NCBI RefSeq assembly: GCF_000150275.1
Contig: NW_002060945.1
Location: 4,699,397 to 4,763,396 of the forward strand
DNA: 64,000 nucleotides
Direction of reading: 5' to 3'
Source of the DNA: Trichoplax adhaerens
Lineage: Eukaryota > Animalia > Placozoa
Below, one piece after another: positions 59,001 through 64,000 of the stretch. The translations under genes and the position numbers were made by a program. The number at the start of each line of letters is the position of its first letter. The first letter of the stretch is position 1. The notes under the pieces are model-generated. The model was given only the letters and a program-made list of their open reading frames with translations, ran no database searches and had not been told where the DNA came from.

Positions 59001-62000
59001 CAGAAGTCAATCTATTTATTTAAAAAGCTATTATAAAACGAGCTCTTCGCGGATATCTAGAAAATCTCAATTAGACCCTAATTATGCCTGCTGATCAAGG
59101 CATCTTTCTGTTAAAAATGTGATTTTAGTAGACATTAATTAAATTATTAGCATCAAAATTCGAACTATTTATATCTACAATATGATAAAATATATATACG
59201 TTAAAAGTTATCCAATTTTATCTTAATTAAAAGGAGCTTGGATGTTACTTAAAAGGAAGAAATAGGAAAGTAATGGTAACTCCTTTAAAACCGATTCCAG
59301 TTTGAAATAATGTAATTGTCTTAGTCTGAACCTTTTATCTTTTATAAATAGACGTATTTATGTTGGTAAAATTTTGTTAAATTAAAAGTCCCTACGTACT
59401 ATGTTACATAAATAACGACAGAGAGAATAAAACTATATTACGGGTATGCTTAGTACTGTCCTTCCTTATTGAAATAATCAAGAAAATAATTATGCACTTT
59501 GACGTGAAAAAATTTTTCCATCGAAATTTCCTGTTACTAAAATAGAGAATTATACTCATTAAAATTAAAATAGTAAGGGAGTAACCGTTGATTGTAGCAC
59601 AAAAAATAGTATTTTAAAAGTGAGAATAGGAGGAATTCATTTTTATCTCATAAGACTTCCGTAAATATATAAGATCGCTTCATTTTTATAAAACAACTTA
59701 TTATTATAAAGGAGAGTTCAATCAGACAAACTTCCATCAACAAATTGTAGTTCTCCCATATAATAATCTTGTTAATTAATTTGTTGGCAGTTTCCGCTAC
59801 CAGGGCTATTATGACCCGACGAAATCTTAAATTAAAAATAGTAAATTACCAAATATAACTCTTGCATAACTCTATTTTACTTTAGAACAGGGTTAGAATT
59901 CAAACTGTTTATGATTTTATATACTAGCTACCTACATACAGTGACGATCTAATATTATGTAAAATTTACAGTCAAGATGAGTTTTCTATTGAGTTTATAT
60001 GGTAATCATCAAATGATCTGATATAAATATATTAATAACAATCGCATCGGTATATTTATCCATTCGCTTTGCTAACATGAACGCTGTTTAGGAGAATTCT
60101 ATAAACAGTGGTGCAATCGCTATTGTCTAATTAAGCTAATATGAAGTCGATAATAAATCATTTTCATAGTTATTAGATGCGAATAATATTGATGATTACT
60201 ACCATCAGTATTAACCAGTGTGATACGGTATATATGCAAGAATAAGGGAATCTAGGTTTCTAACCGTGCTTAAACATCATCGATAATATTATGTTTAAGT
60301 TTATCTCATCGATAAAGTATGGATTGAGTATTTTATAGCCTTATTTGATACTTGGTAAAAATTTCTGAACTAAGAATATTGGATAGCTCGAATTGTTCTG
60401 ACATTATTATTCCTTTATAAAGGTAGTAAAATCAATAAATAGGTAAGCAGGATTTATCACACTGAAAATAGGTTATATACATAACTAAAATAGTCATTGT
60501 ATAGATGTTACACTTGCAGTATGAGAACTAAAAAAATAACTATATGAAATCAATTGACTAAAAACTATAGCAAATGCGGTAAAACCGAGTGCGGAAATAA
60601 AACATAGATAATAGCAAATAATTTAACCTTGATAAAATTATACGTGTGTATTATATTTTCTTTCAGTATAGTACCGAAAGGAGTAATTCTACTACACATA
60701 ACTTAAAAATAATTCATTATATCTATATTCATAACCAAGACTAACTATCCTTCTAATTTAATCTAAAGAATAATCTAAAAAAGACAAGCCAAAATCATCT
60801 GCTGATTAATCTTGACGAGTACGATACCGAAAAGATTAATGGTAGACTAGATCTTTCAATCTACGATTGACTATTAAGTTTTCGCATCAACTGCCACCCT
60901 TAATTAAGGAATTAAATAGAAATTTTTTGGTCCTACATTTCTGATTCATTTATTTAACGATGCTATGTTTGTAGTATACCAACGTATCTTGTTTGTTACT
61001 TCACTGTTATTATTGTACAGTGGCAAATACCGATCGAGAGAAAAAAATTTAAAGCAAAGTATCAAATATTCTTGGTTCCTTTTTCTTTGTTCTCATTTTA
61101 AACCATAAAGGTACGCGAAATCTAGAAACTAACATTGATATTTTTAAAGCTAATTTACTGAACTTGTTAAACTAGCGAGTAGCCTTCGAGAAAATCATTT
61201 TACTTAATACCCTTCAAAAGGTGTTATTTATCGGTTAATGTTGGTACATGTTAAATGAAACTTTAAATAAAATTTCTCTTGTAAAATAAAAATGTAGGAT
61301 TAAGGTAGAATATCGCAAATAAATCATTACTTGATTTTAAATCTCTCATGGTAGATTATGACTCGATTTGAAACTAAATTCATTGTACGGTAAAAAGCGT
61401 AAAGAAATACAACGTAAGTAGGCTAGAATTAAAATTATTTTTGCTATAAAACTGGCCTACCTTGGGCGATTTCAATCAACAGATTAGTTGAACTTCTGCC
61501 AGATATTATATAGGTTAACCAAGTTGGGAGAATGTAAACGTATAAATGATATCACTCTAAAGGCCAGTTTTACTAATTGAGAGCACTTACGATCCTAAAA
61601 CGGAACAAGATTAATCAGTTGGTACATTCTATGTAGATGTTACTAAGTAATCGTTCCGAAAATTTAGATACATAAACTGGCAGAAAATAGCCAATAATGT
61701 CAAATAAATATGCGATAATAAATAGATTTTGAGATCATATTAATTATCACGTCGTATTTAGAGGAGGTATTGAGGGATTCTTAAATACGGATTTCGAATT
61801 TATCTTAGAGAATCCTTCTTTGTGTTGTTCATAATCGATAAGCAACACATTATCTAATTGAAGGGTGATATTAATTATTAAATATTCTGGGTTTAATCTA
61901 TTCTTGATTATTTTATCAATTTAGATAGGCTAAAGCATTAGCGGAGGTACTGCCGAAAATATCAGTTCTATTATAACGGAAGGATTTAGCTTCAAATAAA

Positions 62001-64000
62001 GTCTGATTAGCTGTAAAAAGAATCATTCTAATGATATACCCTTTTAGATTTAGTGTAAATGGGTTACTGTAAAAAAATCAAATAAAAAAGGCTTCAAATT
62101 TATGTTTGAATTAACATCAATGTTTCAACTTTATAATTGATAATATGACAGAGATTAATATTATACTGATATAGATAATATATATTTACAGTAATTGAAA
62201 AAAATAGATCATTAATAAGCTATTTCTCTATTTGTCATTGACTATTCTATTATAAACAAATAGCTTACATAAACAAGGCTTTTTTACGTCAGGTGTTGCT
62301 AATGCACTAAAGAATATCGAATATGTTGACGTTTAAAATTTTATTTATAAGCGTATTCACGCTATAAATATTTAATTTGGTTTAAAAATATAATATCTTG
62401 ACTCTATTTTACCCATAGAACTGGTACAGTCAGCTCTTTTGTTACAAACGGCGAATATTATGAATTTCATATTATATCTTTAAATCTCATGTCCTTGATC
62501 CATTTAAAAAATTTTTCCATCGTTTACAATTTTACTTTTATATATATCGATCTGGCTATTCATTATTAATGAATTAGATCTAGATCTAGTTTAATTTGAT
62601 ATAAAGTTCCGGGCGTAACTATCATTCTCATATTTTTTGTTAATTTTTCGATTGTATGAACATATTTATGGTGAAATCATAAAGTCTCCAGATCTGCGAC
62701 AATGCCTGAATACACATGATACTGGGTCCTCATATTTTGACTTTTAACTGTTGATCATATTCATAGATTTCGACTTCGAGGTATTATCACCCTTTTGTTT
62801 TTGTCTCTAGTAGTATACCTAAATAATTATTTGCAAGTATGCTATCGAAAATCTAATCTATTGAAGACCATACTCCCATTGTTATCTTCACAATTTAATA
62901 ATTCAGATTTAGTAATGATCGTTGTTTTGAAAATCTCATTTATGCTCAATTCTACGGATACTACGCTTTTCTGAATTATTTTTAATAGCCGTTATTATCG
63001 TTATATTGATTATAGCCAAACATATGGATTAATTTTATAATGCACTATTCCAATATAAATTAAAATCGGTGCCAATTGTAATAACAATACATTATTCAGA
63101 ATGCCTAATTTGGCTAACGTAGATTAATTATATAACAGATAGTAAAAATTTTCCAGCTTAGTATCATCGTTTAACTTATAAATGAGATTAATAAGTTGAA
63201 AAAGTTTGCTACTATTACAGTGCAAGATGAAACATAACATATTTTCTGTAATTTTCGCGTGATAGTTAGAGAAAATATGACAGTAGATAAGGAATGCAAT
63301 TGACGATTTATGGATTCAGTGATACGGATGAAATAGATCGGAATTCTAATAGTAGGGTCTTGACCTCACAAATAATAAAATTCTACGGCAGTTATTTTGA
63401 ATAGGACAGTAATTTTGAGGATAGATACGTGAACTCATTTCAATTACATGGCGAACATGGAAGAATAGAGTGCGATACTCCGTTTGTTGAAGTAGTTACC
63501 GTAGTTAATGATTCAACAGCGTCATAATATTGTATTTATGGAGCAGCGACTAATCTTTATATTGAAAACCACTAAAAAATTTAAAACTGGTTGATCGTAA
63601 GACCAACGTAATAGCGCCTTATTATTACACAAAGCTTGACCATCAACTACATACCGGTACTAATTTGTGAGAAAATAAATTGGTAAATTAAATATATGAA
63701 ATAAATCGTCAACAGAATAAATGACTAATATTACTGCAATATAATCTTCTTATAGGACGGTTGTGGTAGATCACGACTACAAAGATTTTAAATTTAGGGC
63801 ATTAATATGAAAACTGTAGCTTTTCATGTACTAATAGTCGATTTCATATGTGGTACTGGTATAAACGGGTATCTGTTAGTGCATACAGGCTGTCATTAAC
63901 ATAAATTAATTCCAATCAGCAGGGATCGCAGCTTATTTTGAAATATCAAAGTTAGTAAAAGGATTGCAAAATTATAAATTCTTAATCAAGAAAGTTGTCT

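Overview
AT-rich eukaryotic (metazoan) genomic DNA with many short GT-AG introns. Composition, intron size and single-exon rhodopsin-like GPCRs suggest a placozoan such as Trichoplax (inference only). The first ~19 kb is gene-dense. It holds four multi-exon housekeeping genes assembled by eye from splice sites and protein similarity: GDP-L-fucose synthase (GFUS/TSTA3, -), CS-domain 3-hydroxyacyl-CoA dehydratase (HACD3, +), BORCS8 (-) and topoisomerase III alpha (TOP3A, -). The remaining ~45 kb is gene-poor, with three co-oriented paralogous class A GPCR ORFs separated by 10-20 kb of non-coding DNA, plus a 50-N assembly gap. Best leads: (1) all three GPCRs have lost the Na+ pocket residues, carry D/EKY instead of DRY, and share two extracellular-facing Arg; (2) a probable U12-type intron in GFUS; (3) a probable spliced upstream mitochondrial presequence for TOP3A, whose C-terminus lacks the C4 ribbon and CCHC knuckle and carries an RG-rich tail; (4) a two-hairpin GC-rich element in the GFUS/HACD3 bidirectional promoter; (5) TACAG/CTGTA tracts upstream of the housekeeping genes; (6) an ERRE/IR1 + AP-1 + C/EBP-CRE motif cluster in the GPCR desert. 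No prokaryote-type system (CRISPR, IS, tRNA/rRNA) is seen, and I cannot claim a wholly new system.
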